Below are positions 1 to 8,743 of a stretch of DNA of 64,000 bases, piece by piece. Position numbers and translations under genes: made by a program. Within the stretch, counting starts at the first letter, position 1. Every line of letters starts with the position of its first letter. Source of the stretch: Nocardioides sp. (lineage in GTDB: Bacteria; Actinomycetota; Actinomycetes; Propionibacteriales; Nocardioidaceae); the NCBI GenBank assembly GCA_051306135.1, contig JBPPMQ010000158.1:429-64428 (forward strand), written 5' to 3'. The notes under the pieces were generated by a model that searched no databases, was not told the DNA's origin, and worked only from the letters and a program-made list of their open reading frames with translations.

Positions 1-64
1 TCGTACGGATGGGCGCCGAGGAGTTCAAGAAACGAACGGGTGGGCAGGAAGGAGGAGACCCCTC

Positions 65-481
65 ATGAACCACGAACAACCCAAACACCGCAGCGAACGA
101 GAGCCGCTGATCGGTGACCACTTCATCAACCACCTGATCGAAACCGCACCGAACGCTGAAGCCGCCGAGCGGATCCGAGACGCCTACGACCACCACGGCA
201 CCGCCATAGCAGCGTTCCTCGGACTCGACGACATCGACCCCTACGGCGAGCACATCGCGGTGGACTTCCTCAACTGCTACCACGGCAAGTACGCCCGCAC
301 GAGCGACCTCCTCGATGAGGTCATCGAAGAACGCGGCTGGATGCAAACCCTCGAACGGATCTACGAGGAACACCCCGAACTGGAGGTCCTCCTCACCTTC
401 GACCGCGACGCGGTGACCGACCTGGTGGAGATGCGCTACGACATCGTCGACCTTGGTGAGCTGTATGTCTTCGAGAAGTAG
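65..481 (+). CDS. ArdA-like antirestriction protein (short form)
   Basis: 138-aa ORF. The segments FLNCYHGKYARTSDLLDEVIEERGW and FDRDAVTDLVEMRYDIVDLGELYVFEK resemble the conserved C-terminal part of ArdA as recalled. It lies immediately upstream of the recombinase. Confidence 0.4.
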   Translation: MNHEQPKHRSEREPLIGDHFINHLIETAPNAEAAERIRDAYDHHGTAIAAFLGLDDIDPYGEHIAVDFLNCYHGKYARTSDLLDEVIEERGWMQTLERIYEEHPELEVLLTFDRDAVTDLVEMRYDIVDLGELYVFEK

Positions 482-614
482 CAACGAGCTCGGCGGCCCG
501 CCGGACGACTTGTCCACAGGCTCACCCCCAATGGCTGCTGCCCAGGCTCATTTCGCTCTGGACTCGTCCGGCGAAACGAGCGTCAATGGAAGGAGTAATC
601 GAGGAGAGGAACAT

Positions 615-2642
615 ATGAACCCAGCCGCTGCCGCCAACCCCATCAACGCCTTCACCGAGGCACTCACCCCCAAAGTCGCCGTCAGCTACCTGCGAGTGTC
701 AACCACCGGGCAAGCCCGACGCGGAGGTGGCGACGACGAAGGGTTCTCCATCCCCGCCCAGCGCGACGCCAACAAGCGCAAGGCCGCAAGCATGGGCTCC
801 ATCATCGTCAAGGAGTTCGTTGACCGGGGAGCGTCCGCACGGTCCGCCAACCGGCCTGAGCTCCAGCGGATGCTCGAGTACGTCAACGACCACGACGTCG
901 ACTACGTCATCGTCCACAAACTCGACCGCCTCGCCCGCAACCGCAGCGACGACGTCGAGATCGTCCGCGCACTCGAAGCCGCCAACGTCCAACTCGTCTC
1001 CACCACCGACGCCATCGACGCCACCCCGTCCGGGATGCTGCTCCACGGAATCATGAGCTCCATCGCCGAGTTCTACTCCCGCAACCTCGCCGCCGAGGTG
1101 ACCAAGGGCCTCACCACCAAGGCGCAGCGTGGCGGCACTGTCAGCAAGGCCCCGATCGGCTACCTCAACCACCGCACCGTCGACGACCAAGGCCGCGAGC
1201 TGCGCACCGTCATCATCGACGAGGAACGCGCCCAGTTCGTCAAAGACGCCTTCGGCCTCTACGCCACCGGCGCCTGGACCGTTGCCGCGCTGGCCGATCA
1301 GCTCGCCCGCCGGGGCTTCACCACCATGCCAACGCCCAAGGTGCCCTCGAAGCCGATGAACGAGAAGTACCTACACCGGGTGCTGACCAACCCGTACTAC
1401 CGCGGCATTGTGACCTACAAGGGTGTCCAGTACGACGGACGTCACGACCGCCTGGTCGACGACGAGACCTGGTTCAAGGTCCAGTCCATCCTCGACAGCC
1501 ACTACAACGGCGACCGCGTCCGCAAGCACAACCACTACCTGAAGAACAGCCTGTGGTGCGGACAGTGCGGCGAACGGATGCTCGTCACCAACTCGAAATC
1601 GTCAAGCGGCGAGATCTACCCCTACTTCTACTGCGCAGGGCGACACTCCAAACGAACCAGCTGCACCCAGCGCTCGGTGCTCATCTACGAGATCGAGCGC
1701 AAAGTCGAAGACCTCTACCTGCGGATCCAACTCGACGACACCTTCCGCGGCCAGATCGAAACCCAGCTCCGCGCCGAACTCAGCGATGCTCGCCACGACG
1801 TCGAGCGACGACGCGTCGAGCTGAAGAAGTCCAGCGAACGCTTCATGAGAGAGCGCGGGAAGCTCATGGAGGCCCACTACGCCGGAGCCATCCCTGTCGA
1901 CCTGCTCGGCCAGGAGCAAGACCGCATCAGCAAGGCACTCGCCAGCATCCAGACCGAACTCGACGCCACCAACGAGAAGTGGGAGGTCATTGAACGCAAC
2001 CTGGGTCTCGCGCTCGACCTGTCTACCGATACCCACAGCGCCTACCTGAGCGCCCCTGAACACATCAGGCGACTGTTCAACCAGGCCTTCTTCGAGAAGA
2101 TCCTCGTGCTACCCGACGAAGACGCCCATGCCGGAGTCCGACTCGAGACCGAACTCGCGGAACCGTTCGACACCCTGCTCCCCAAAGAAAAGAGGCCCGC
2201 CGGTCAAACCGGCGAGCCTCTCAACTCTTCTTCAATCCACTCCGTTGCACTTACTCAAGCCAAAAGTTTGAGTAAGAACACCGTGGTGGAGGTGAGGGGA
2301 CTCGAACCCCTGACCCTCTGCATGCCATGCAGATGCGCTACCAGCTGCGCCACACCCCCATTGGCGTTGCTCCGGCACGTACGCTCACCGGGCAACTCGA
2401 AGAATGTTAGCGGGTCCATCCACGTCCACGAAATCGGAGGATGCCTGATCGCTCTCGGTCCGCGACCGGTGACAGACTCACCGCATGCAGCCCCTCACCT
2501 CGGCCCGCCTGAGCAACAAGATGTCGACCGACCGCGCCGATCTCGACACCCTGTTGGGCGAGACGTTCCTGGCCCATATCGCCTTCGCGGACGACGAGGG
2601 CCTGCCCCGTTCGATGCCCACCGCCGTGGCTCGTTGGGGTGA
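615..2642 (+). CDS. Large serine recombinase. The recognisable protein spans about 615-2190; the frame stays open to 2642.
   Basis: Resolvase catalytic domain (VAVSYLRVSTTGQ, VIVHKLDRLARN), recombinase domain, Cys-rich zinc ribbon (CGQCGERM...YFYCAGRHSKRTSC) and a coiled-coil tail. A GAGGAGAGG ribosome-binding site precedes ATG 615. The ORF track shows no in-frame stop before 2642. Confidence 0.85.
   Translation: MNPAAAANPINAFTEALTPKVAVSYLRVSTTGQARRGGGDDEGFSIPAQRDANKRKAASMGSIIVKEFVDRGASARSANRPELQRMLEYVNDHDVDYVIVHKLDRLARNRSDDVEIVRALEAANVQLVSTTDAIDATPSGMLLHGIMSSIAEFYSRNLAAEVTKGLTTKAQRGGTVSKAPIGYLNHRTVDDQGRELRTVIIDEERAQFVKDAFGLYATGAWTVAALADQLARRGFTTMPTPKVPSKPMNEKYLHRVLTNPYYRGIVTYKGVQYDGRHDRLVDDETWFKVQSILDSHYNGDRVRKHNHYLKNSLWCGQCGERMLVTNSKSSSGEIYPYFYCAGRHSKRTSCTQRSVLIYEIERKVEDLYLRIQLDDTFRGQIETQLRAELSDARHDVERRRVELKKSSERFMRERGKLMEAHYAGAIPVDLLGQEQDRISKALASIQTELDATNEKWEVIERNLGLALDLSTDTHSAYLSAPEHIRRLFNQAFFEKILVLPDEDAHAGVRLETELAEPFDTLLPKEKRPAGQTGEPLNSSSIHSVALTQAKSLSKNTVVEVRGLEPLTLCMPCRCATSCATPPLALLRHVRSPGNSKNVSGSIHVHEIGGCLIALGPRPVTDSPHAAPHLGPPEQQDVDRPRRSRHPVGRDVPGPYRLRGRRGPAPFDAHRRGSLG
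2191..2221 (-). terminator. Hairpin, probably the intrinsic terminator of tRNA-Ala (possibly bidirectional)
   Basis: AGAGGCCCGCCGGT-caa-ACCGGCGAGCCTCT forms a 14-bp stem with one mismatch. On the minus strand it is followed by TTTCTTTGGGG. Confidence 0.5.
2250..2276. repeat. Perfect 9-bp inverted repeat CTTACTCAA-N9-TTGAGTAAG next to the tRNA 3' end
   Basis: Read directly from the sequence. The patch is unusually AT-rich for this window. Confidence 0.7.
2284..2359 (-). tRNA. tRNA-Ala (anticodon GGC), CCA encoded
   Basis: The reverse complement is GGGGGTGTGGCGCAGCTGGTAGCGCATCTGCATGGCATGCAGAGGGTCAGGGGTTCGAGTCCCCTCACCTCCACCA. It folds as a cloverleaf with a G3:U70 pair, anticodon loop AUGGCAU and a GGTTCGAGTCC T-arm. 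Confidence 0.93.
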
Positions 2643-3114
2643 GCGACTGCTGACCCACGGCTCCACCGGATCCCGATGGCTGCGGATGATCGGCGACGGT
2701 CGCGAGGTCTGTGTCAGTCTCGCTCAGGTCGACGGTCTGGTGGTGGCGCGGACGACGTTCGAGTCCTCGGTGCACTACCGCAGCGCCACGATCCTCGGAT
2801 CCTTCACTCCAGTGGGTGCCGGAGACAAAGCAGCAGCCCTCGAGGTGTTGACCGACCGCCTGATTCCCGGAAGGAACGCCGAAGTGCGTGCTTCGAGTGC
2901 CAAAGAACTGGCTGCCACCACGATCTACTCCATGGATCTGGACCATTGGTCGGTCCGCATCAGCGACGGCTGGCCCGAGGACACCGACGCCGACGTGGCC
3001 GGCCAGGCGTGGGCAGGAGTGATCCGTTTCGGTACCCCGGCATACCGGATCGAGGCGGCGCCCGATCTGCGCGAGGGCATCGAGATGCCAGCCTCGGTGA
3101 AGGCGTTCGTCTGA
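2485..3114 (+). CDS. Pyridoxamine 5'-phosphate oxidase-family (flavin-binding split-barrel) protein
   Basis: 209-aa ORF with a PNPOx-like pattern (LAHIAFADDEGLPRSMPTA...HGSTGSRW...SVHYRSATILG). The start could instead be ATG 2521. Confidence 0.7.
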   Translation: MQPLTSARLSNKMSTDRADLDTLLGETFLAHIAFADDEGLPRSMPTAVARWGERLLTHGSTGSRWLRMIGDGREVCVSLAQVDGLVVARTTFESSVHYRSATILGSFTPVGAGDKAAALEVLTDRLIPGRNAEVRASSAKELAATTIYSMDLDHWSVRISDGWPEDTDADVAGQAWAGVIRFGTPAYRIEAAPDLREGIEMPASVKAFV

Positions 3115-3135
3115 CCTTCGGTGGCGGCTCCAGGG

Positions 3136-3735
3136 TCAGGCGATGCGGTTGTAGGCGCCCAAACGCCAGGGGTGCCCGGAGAACCAGCCTTCGCCGCCTT
3201 CGAGCAGTTCAACCCACCCGCAGTTCGCCAGCGACGCCAACGATTCCACCTGATCCTGATGCCAACCCAGGAACTCAGCCACCCCGAGTCGGATGGCTGC
3301 TCCGTGGGACACGATGATCGCGGTCGACCCGGCGGACATGGCGGCGATGATGTCGTCCAGAGCCGCCACCATCCGTATGCCGACCTGCTTGCCGCTCTCC
3401 CCGCCGTGGTCTGCGAAGTCCCACGGACCAGGCCCATGAGCCTCGATCACCTCGGAGTAGGTCAGCCCGGTGAAGGCACCCACATGGATCTCCCGCAGAC
3501 GTTCATCGAGCACCGGGGTCAGGCTCGTCGCCTGCGCCACATAGCTCGCCGTCTCCTGGGTGCGCTGCAGGTCTGAGGACCACAGTCCTGCCGGGTCGTA
3601 GCCAGCCAGTACGGGCGCGACGGACCGTGCCTGCTGGTGACCCTCGGGATGCAGACCGACACCGCCTTGACCCTGGAAACGCCGTTCGGCGTTCCACGGG
3701 GTCAACCCGTGACGGAGCAGCACCAGTCGCTTCAC
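3136..3735 (-). CDS. Histidine phosphatase family protein (phosphoglycerate-mutase-like). Its position matches gpgP downstream of nadD-rsfS.
   Basis: LLRHGLTPWN (RHG motif) and SDLQRTQETA...IVSHGAAI. It overlaps the rsfS stop by 4 bp. Confidence 0.85.
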   Translation of the reverse strand: MKRLVLLRHGLTPWNAERRFQGQGGVGLHPEGHQQARSVAPVLAGYDPAGLWSSDLQRTQETASYVAQATSLTPVLDERLREIHVGAFTGLTYSEVIEAHGPGPWDFADHGGESGKQVGIRMVAALDDIIAAMSAGSTAIIVSHGAAIRLGVAEFLGWHQDQVESLASLANCGWVELLEGGEGWFSGHPWRLGAYNRIA

Positions 3736-4109
3736 CGGTCGGACGAGGTCGCCTCGGCGGGCAAAGCAATGACCGGGCAGTCGCGCCAGAGCCGTTCGAG
3801 GGCATAGAACTGGCGCTCCTCGTCGTGCTGGACGTGCACCACGATGTCGCCGTAGTCCAGCAGCACCCAGCGGCCTTCCCGGGCCCCTTCGCGTCGGATC
3901 GGCTTGGCGTTGAGTTCACGCACCGACTCCTCGATGGCATCCACGATGGCGCCGACCTGGCGCTCGTTCGAGGCCGAGCACAGCAAGAACGCGTCGGCGA
4001 TCGCCAACTGTTCGGAGACGTCGAAGCCGATGATCTGCTTGGCCAACTTGTCCGAAGCCGCGATGGCGGCGGCGTGGATCAGTTCGATGGACTCGGGTGC
4101 TGCAGTCAT
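3732..4109 (-). CDS. rsfS: Ribosome silencing factor RsfS
   Basis: LLCSASNERQVGAIVDAI...WVLLDYGDIVVHVQHDEERQFYALERLW is typical of RsfS/iojap. Confidence 0.9.
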   Translation of the reverse strand: MTAAPESIELIHAAAIAASDKLAKQIIGFDVSEQLAIADAFLLCSASNERQVGAIVDAIEESVRELNAKPIRREGAREGRWVLLDYGDIVVHVQHDEERQFYALERLWRDCPVIALPAEATSSDR

Positions 4110-4127
4110 GAGGGTGCTCTCGATTGC

Positions 4128-4760
4128 TCAGGCCTGGTAAAGGCCGTATTTGGCGATGTACTGGACGACTCCGTCCGGCACCAGGTACCAGATCGGCTGG
4201 CCAGCACGGTGGCGGTCGCGGCAGTCGGTCGATGAGATCGCCAGCGCGGGAATCTCCACCATCGTGACCCGTTCGGGTGGGATCGAGGAAATCGTGGTCT
4301 CGTCCATCAGGTATCCCGGACGGGTGCACCCGACGAACTGGGCGAGTTCGAACAGTTGCGCAGTATCGCGCCAGGTGAAGATCTCCCCCAGCGCGTCGGC
4401 ACCGGTGATGAAGAACAGGTCCGCGTCGGGAAACTGGTCACGCAGGTCACGCAGGGTGTCGATGGTGTAGGTCGGTCCGGACCGGTCGATGTCGACGCGC
4501 GACACCGTGAACCGTGGGTTGGCGGCCGTGGCGATGACCGACATCAGATAGCGGTCCTCAGCCGGGGAAACCTCGCGATCGGCCTTCTGCCAGGGCGCGC
4601 CGGTGGGGACGAAGATGACCTGGTCGAGGTCGAAGAACGCCTGCACTTCTGAGGCCGCCACCAGGTGCCCGTGATGGATCGGGTCGAAGGTGCCGCCCAT
4701 CACGCCCACTCGGCGTCGGGCAGCGCTCACGGGAGGCTCAGGAGTGGTCGCGGCCGCCAC
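4128..4760 (-). CDS. nadD: Nicotinate-nucleotide adenylyltransferase
   Basis: [15 protein letters not shown] nucleotidyltransferase motif and ISSTDCR near the C-terminus. Confidence 0.92.
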   Translation of the reverse strand: MAAATTPEPPVSAARRRVGVMGGTFDPIHHGHLVAASEVQAFFDLDQVIFVPTGAPWQKADREVSPAEDRYLMSVIATAANPRFTVSRVDIDRSGPTYTIDTLRDLRDQFPDADLFFITGADALGEIFTWRDTAQLFELAQFVGCTRPGYLMDETTISSIPPERVTMVEIPALAISSTDCRDRHRAGQPIWYLVPDGVVQYIAKYGLYQA

Positions 4761-4884
4761 CGAAGGCGACCAGACCGATCACCAACGCGAGCAGGATCCC
4801 CAAAGTCACCGCGCCGATGACCCACTCGATGCCGGAGGTCCCGTGCTCTTCGGCGGCCATGACCGCCGTTGCCGCAATCGTCAT
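4738..4884 (-). CDS. Possible small single-pass membrane protein (48 aa, below the ORF-track cut-off)
   Basis: Manual translation gives [48 protein letters not shown]. The stop overlaps the nadD start region. Confidence 0.25.
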   Translation of the reverse strand: MTIAATAVMAAEEHGTSGIEWVIGAVTLGILLALVIGLVAFGGGRDHS

Positions 4885-4929
4885 GGGTTCAGCCTAGGGC
4901 ATCGGCCCCCGCAAACCCTCACAGGCCCG

Positions 4930-5412
4930 TCACCACAGGCCGAGCATCCAGTCCCAGCCCTGCCCGACGAAGTCACCGCCGATGAGGATCAGCCAGAACC
5001 GCAGGGTCCGTCCGACCAGGGTGGTCGGCAAGAAGATCCACATCGGCATACGGATGACTCCGGCGACCACCGCCATCGCCAGCAACGGCGGAATCCCACC
5101 GAATGCGGCGGCGAACATGATCGCACCGGCCATCCACGGATTCGACTCGGTGCGGTTGTGCCACTTCTCGATGGTGGCCTTCATCTTCGGCGCTTCGAGC
5201 CTGCGCTTGACCCAGCCGGAATTCACCGACTTCATCGCGATGACGTACCAGATGACCTTGCCGATGCTCTGTCCGATGCCGCCGACCACGGCGTAGAGCG
5301 GCGCCTGAGCCGGGGTGATCTCCGCCCCCAGCAGGATCATGTAGGTCTCGATGTTGACGAACGGCAGCAACGCTGAGGCGATCGAGACGCCCAACGTCGC
5401 CAGCAGCAGCAC
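4930..5412 (-). CDS. YqaA/DedA-like (VTT-domain) small membrane protein
   Basis: 160 aa with 4-5 hydrophobic helices. The pattern LLPFVNIETYMILLGA...GQSIGKVIWYVI resembles YqaA. The start abuts the stop of the upstream gene. Confidence 0.55.
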   Translation of the reverse strand: MLLLATLGVSIASALLPFVNIETYMILLGAEITPAQAPLYAVVGGIGQSIGKVIWYVIAMKSVNSGWVKRRLEAPKMKATIEKWHNRTESNPWMAGAIMFAAAFGGIPPLLAMAVVAGVIRMPMWIFLPTTLVGRTLRFWLILIGGDFVGQGWDWMLGLW

Positions 5413-6036
5413 TCAGACCCCTGCGGCCTTGGTCGGTCGCGTCGGGGTGGGCAGGCCGATCTTGAACAGCCAGCCGAGGGACACACACTTCACGATCAGC
5501 AATGCCAGCGCAGCGACAAGACCGACCTGCCACCAGCCGGTGAGCAGCAGAAGAACGGCGAATGCACCGGAGTTGGCGGCCTTGCCGGGCCGGGACCAGT
5601 TCCACTTCCAGATCCGCTCGTCGACCACAAAAAAGTAGTTGGGGCTCTTGATCGGCCAGGCCAGGAACGCCATGGACAGGAAGGAATCGACGACCATGAA
5701 CTCGAACATGTAGATCGCCACAGGGACGGTGAACATCGGTTCGATCCAGCACATCCCGAGATAGATCACCGCGACCGCGAACCGGTCACACACCATGTCC
5801 ATGACCGCGCCGATGCGGGTCTCGCAGTTGCGCCGACGGGCGACCTCGCCATCGAGGCTGTCGCCGATCCAGTGCAGGACCAGCGCGACCCAGACCCACT
5901 TCATGTCTTGGTCGTGGATGGCCCACAGCGCCGGGATGGCGGTGAGCACGACACGGATGAAGGTGATCACGGTGGCCGAGGTCCACAGCCTTTCAGCCGC
6001 CGGATCGACCCACACGTCGCGGTCCTTCATATCCAT
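5413..6036 (-). CDS. CDP-alcohol phosphatidyltransferase family protein
   Basis: DSLDGEVARRRNCETRIGAVMDMVCD matches the D-G-x2-A-R-x8-G-x3-D-x3-D signature. The protein is polytopic. Confidence 0.85.
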   Translation of the reverse strand: MDMKDRDVWVDPAAERLWTSATVITFIRVVLTAIPALWAIHDQDMKWVWVALVLHWIGDSLDGEVARRRNCETRIGAVMDMVCDRFAVAVIYLGMCWIEPMFTVPVAIYMFEFMVVDSFLSMAFLAWPIKSPNYFFVVDERIWKWNWSRPGKAANSGAFAVLLLLTGWWQVGLVAALALLIVKCVSLGWLFKIGLPTPTRPTKAAGV

Positions 6037-6049
6037 GACGACGACGCTA

Positions 6050-7300
6050 TCAGCGAGTATGGCCAGACCCCATCACGACGTACTTGGTCGAGGTCATCTC
6101 CGGTAGCCCCATGGGGCCGCGCGCGTGGAGTTTCTGGGTGCTGATGCCGATCTCCGCGCCGAAGCCGAACTCGCCGCCGTCGGTGAATCGCGTGCTGGCG
6201 TTGACCATCACCGCGGCGCTGTCGACCTGGGCGGTGAACGCCGCGGCCGCAGCGATGTCGTTGGTTACGATCGCCTCGGTATGCCCCGATGACCAGCGCC
6301 GGATGTGGGTCACCGCGGCGTCGAGGTCCTCAACGACCGCAGCGCTGATCTCCAGGGCCAGGAACTCCGCACCCCAGTCCTCCTCAGATGCCGGACGCAC
6401 CCCGTCGAACCGGGCGAAGTCGTCGTCGCCGTGGATGACTACCCCGGCCTCTTGCAACGCTTGAGTGACTCGTGGCACAAACGCATCCGCGACCTCGCGG
6501 TGCACCAGCAGCGACTCCGCCGCGTTGCACACCGAGGTGCGGTCGGTCTTGGAGTTCATCACGATCGCCAGAGCCATGTCGAGGTCTGCGGCCGCGTCGA
6601 CATACACGTGGCAGTTGCCGACTCCAGTCTCGATGACGGGCACCACCGACTCGGTGACCACGGAGTTGATCAGCCCAGCGCCCCCGCGCGGGATGAGGAC
6701 GTCGACCAGGCCTCGGGCCCGCATCAGTGCCTTGACCGAGTCGTGGGTCTCGCCTGGCACCAACTGGATGACGTCGGCCGGCAATCCTGCGGTGGCGACC
6801 GCCTCGCGCAGCCCAGCAACGATGGCGGCGTTGGAGTCACGGGCGCTGGAGGATCCGCGCAGCAGCACGGCGTTGCCCGACTTCAGGCAGATGCCGGCCG
6901 CGTCTGCGGTCACATTCGGCCTGGCCTCATAGATCATCCCGACGACACCGAACGGCACGCGGATCTGGCGCAGTTGGAGCCCGTTGGCCAACGTCGAACC
7001 GCGGACCACCTCGCCGATCGGGTCAGGCAGCCCGGCGACCTCCCGCAAGCCGGCGGCCATCGCGTCGAGTCGGTCGGTGGTCAGCCTCAGCCGGTCGACG
7101 ATGTTGGCCGGCGTACCACAGGATTCAGCGCGGGCGATGTCGGTGGCGTTGGCTGCCAGGATCGCGGCCGCCCCAGCAGTCAGGCTCCTCGCCATCGCCT
7201 CCAGGGCAGCGTCCTTAACCGCCCTGGTGGCGCCGGCCAGTTCATAGCTGGCCTCCCGCGCTCGACCCGCTGCCGCCCGCACGTCACTTTCGATGCTCAC
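6050..7300 (-). CDS. proA: Glutamate-5-semialdehyde dehydrogenase (gamma-glutamyl phosphate reductase)
   Basis: 416 aa with full-length ProA-like sequence ([39 protein letters not shown]). Confidence 0.95.
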   Translation of the reverse strand: MSIESDVRAAAGRAREASYELAGATRAVKDAALEAMARSLTAGAAAILAANATDIARAESCGTPANIVDRLRLTTDRLDAMAAGLREVAGLPDPIGEVVRGSTLANGLQLRQIRVPFGVVGMIYEARPNVTADAAGICLKSGNAVLLRGSSSARDSNAAIVAGLREAVATAGLPADVIQLVPGETHDSVKALMRARGLVDVLIPRGGAGLINSVVTESVVPVIETGVGNCHVYVDAAADLDMALAIVMNSKTDRTSVCNAAESLLVHREVADAFVPRVTQALQEAGVVIHGDDDFARFDGVRPASEEDWGAEFLALEISAAVVEDLDAAVTHIRRWSSGHTEAIVTNDIAAAAAFTAQVDSAAVMVNASTRFTDGGEFGFGAEIGISTQKLHARGPMGLPEMTSTKYVVMGSGHTR

Positions 7301-7327
7301 GGGCCAAGGATATTCGCCCCTGCCCAG

Positions 7328-7471
7328 TCACTGACCGTGTCGTCGTCGCTTCGGACAAATCACTGACGTTGTGGCTCCCCACACCCCAATCACTGACGTT
7401 GTGGCTCCCCGCACCCCAATCACTGACGTTGTGGTCGTGATTTGGCGAAATTGGAGCAACAACGTCAGTGA
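7328..7471. repeat. Motif array A: a degenerate copy at 7328, three direct copies of TCACTGACGTTGTGG (7360, 7390, 7420; 30-bp period), a loop, then one inverted copy (7456-7471)
   Basis: Read directly. The 30-bp units are AATCACTGACGTTGTGGCTCCCC(A/G)CACCCC. The last copy forms a ~55-bp palindrome with CAACAACGTCAGTGA. Confidence 0.9.
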
Positions 7472-7513
7472 CCACCGCTAGCTCAAGCTCGCTGGGCGCT
7501 GGGCGCTGAGTTC

Positions 7514-7547
7514 GGGGATCCGGGGTCACGCGGCGCGCCGGATCCCC
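7514..7547 (-). terminator. GC-rich hairpin downstream of the 7557-8597 gene
   Basis: GGGGATCCGG...CCGGATCCCC forms a 10-bp perfect stem. There is no U-tract. Confidence 0.4.
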
Positions 7548-7556
7548 ACAGAACCG

Positions 7557-8597
7557 TCAGCCAGCCCGCCGGATCCAGATCGGCCGAAGCTGGGGGTCGA
7601 CCGCTCGTCGAGCCGAGACGGTGGTGGTGTCCGGCCAGGAGGCCGGCCGGGTGGTGGTCCACGTCCTCTGTGCTGTGCCTGGTCGATTCCGTGCACGGCG
7701 ATATGCCGAGGCGAGTCGCTGCTGAAAGTTGCGAACGTCGTGGCCGTCGGTCGCCATCATCGTCACCAACTCGATGTCGTGGTCGCGGTAGATCGCTTCC
7801 CGATCAAGGTCGCGACGGCGGGTGCGATCCTGGAGATGGAGGGCCCCGTCGTACTCACCGGCCACCCCGGCCGCCGAATCGAGAAGATCGGGGGTGAGAA
7901 GGTGGTTGCCGTGCAGGTCGAAGATTGGCACGTTCGTCAGCGGTCGCGGGAACCCAGACATCACCTGCCACACCAGACGCATCGAGGACTCCGGCGGAGA
8001 CCAGACGTTTTCGTCCGCGAGCACAATGGCCCGCCAGAACTTGGGAACCTTGCGCCGAGCGGTCAGATGCAATGAGGCGTACGCCGCCAACTCCTCGAGC
8101 GAGCAAAGGTCGGCCGAGCATGCCGTGTCGATCGCCCGGACGGCCTCAAACAGCGATGTGGCGTGGCGTGCCTCGAAGCACAGTGCGCGCTCAGCTCGGG
8201 TGATTCCGATGCCATCGACCACGGTGAGATCCCCCGCCGCCAGCCATTCTTCCGATATCCGCAGCCCTGGCTGGGGTCGCATGTTCCGGTTGTGGCCGAC
8301 GGCGATCGGAATCGGGGCATGGGCTGTGGTGGTGCCGCGGGGGCCGTTGGACCACCGGTCGCCCAACCATGACAACGCGGCCCATCCGGCAATTCCCGCC
8401 TCCGCGGGCATGGCCGCCGCCGCCTCGGCGATCCGCTGCTGGAGGCTGTGGCCATCGACTGCGGCCGGGACGTAGAGCCCTCGCGACGTTCGACGCCAGT
8501 TCGGCCCGCGAGCCTGGGCAAAGGTGGGGCCACCGGAATGGCCGTCGCCAACTGGCGCCACGATTCCGCGGCGGGTGGCAGCGTGGTGCGGGGTCAT
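7557..8597 (-). CDS. Hypothetical protein with a C-terminal DUF559/Vsr-like (PD-(D/E)XK-type) endonuclease-like domain
   Basis: SPPESSMRLVW...GFPRPLTNVPIFDLHGNHLLTPDLLD..AGVAGEYDGALHLQDRTRRRDLDREAIYRDHDIELVTM matches the actinobacterial DUF559 pattern as recalled. The N-terminal WRRTSRGLYVP is AbiEi/wHTH-like. The start was chosen at ATG 8597; the ORF is open to 8729. Confidence 0.6.
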   Translation of the reverse strand: MTPHHAATRRGIVAPVGDGHSGGPTFAQARGPNWRRTSRGLYVPAAVDGHSLQQRIAEAAAAMPAEAGIAGWAALSWLGDRWSNGPRGTTTAHAPIPIAVGHNRNMRPQPGLRISEEWLAAGDLTVVDGIGITRAERALCFEARHATSLFEAVRAIDTACSADLCSLEELAAYASLHLTARRKVPKFWRAIVLADENVWSPPESSMRLVWQVMSGFPRPLTNVPIFDLHGNHLLTPDLLDSAAGVAGEYDGALHLQDRTRRRDLDREAIYRDHDIELVTMMATDGHDVRNFQQRLASAYRRARNRPGTAQRTWTTTRPASWPDTTTVSARRAVDPQLRPIWIRRAG

Positions 8598-8743
8598 GCA
8601 CCGAATCCTCGAGCCACCGGCCGACATCGTGCTTCGGAGCGGCGGTTTGTGCACAGGCTGGCGACGACGCGCGCGCCCCTGTGTATGACGAAAGGCCCGG
8701 GAGGACGGCATACGACGTCCTGGGCCCATCGCGAAAGCTCAGG

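Larger units (their letters stand above)
1..2283. mobile_element. Partial integrated mobile element (right-hand end; continues beyond the window start). The boundary near 2180-2283 is uncertain.
   Basis: An ArdA-like gene and a large serine recombinase lie together directly against the 3' end of a tRNA gene. A locally AT-richer patch with two hairpins sits at 2181-2283. Confidence 0.5.

Noticed and set aside
453-614. N-terminal extension of the recombinase ORF (track start 453), overlapping the ArdA-like gene.
   Set aside because: The extension is Ser/Gly/Pro-rich with no domain. ATG 615 has a good GAGGAGAGG ribosome-binding site and begins just before the resolvase domain.
7358-7447. Possible CRISPR array, because of regularly spaced 15-nt repeats with 15-nt intervening segments at 7.3, 8.8 and 30.1 kb.
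   Set aside because: There are only three units per locus. The 'spacers' are identical to each other within a locus. The repeats are far shorter than CRISPR repeats, and no cas genes are present in the window.
7284-7529. ORFs translating the repeat arrays, such as 7284-7529 and the start of 8792-9817, which give reiterated HNVSDW / QATTTSVTG peptides.
   Set aside because: The periodic peptides simply mirror the 30-bp DNA repeats. There is no plausible start context and no domain.
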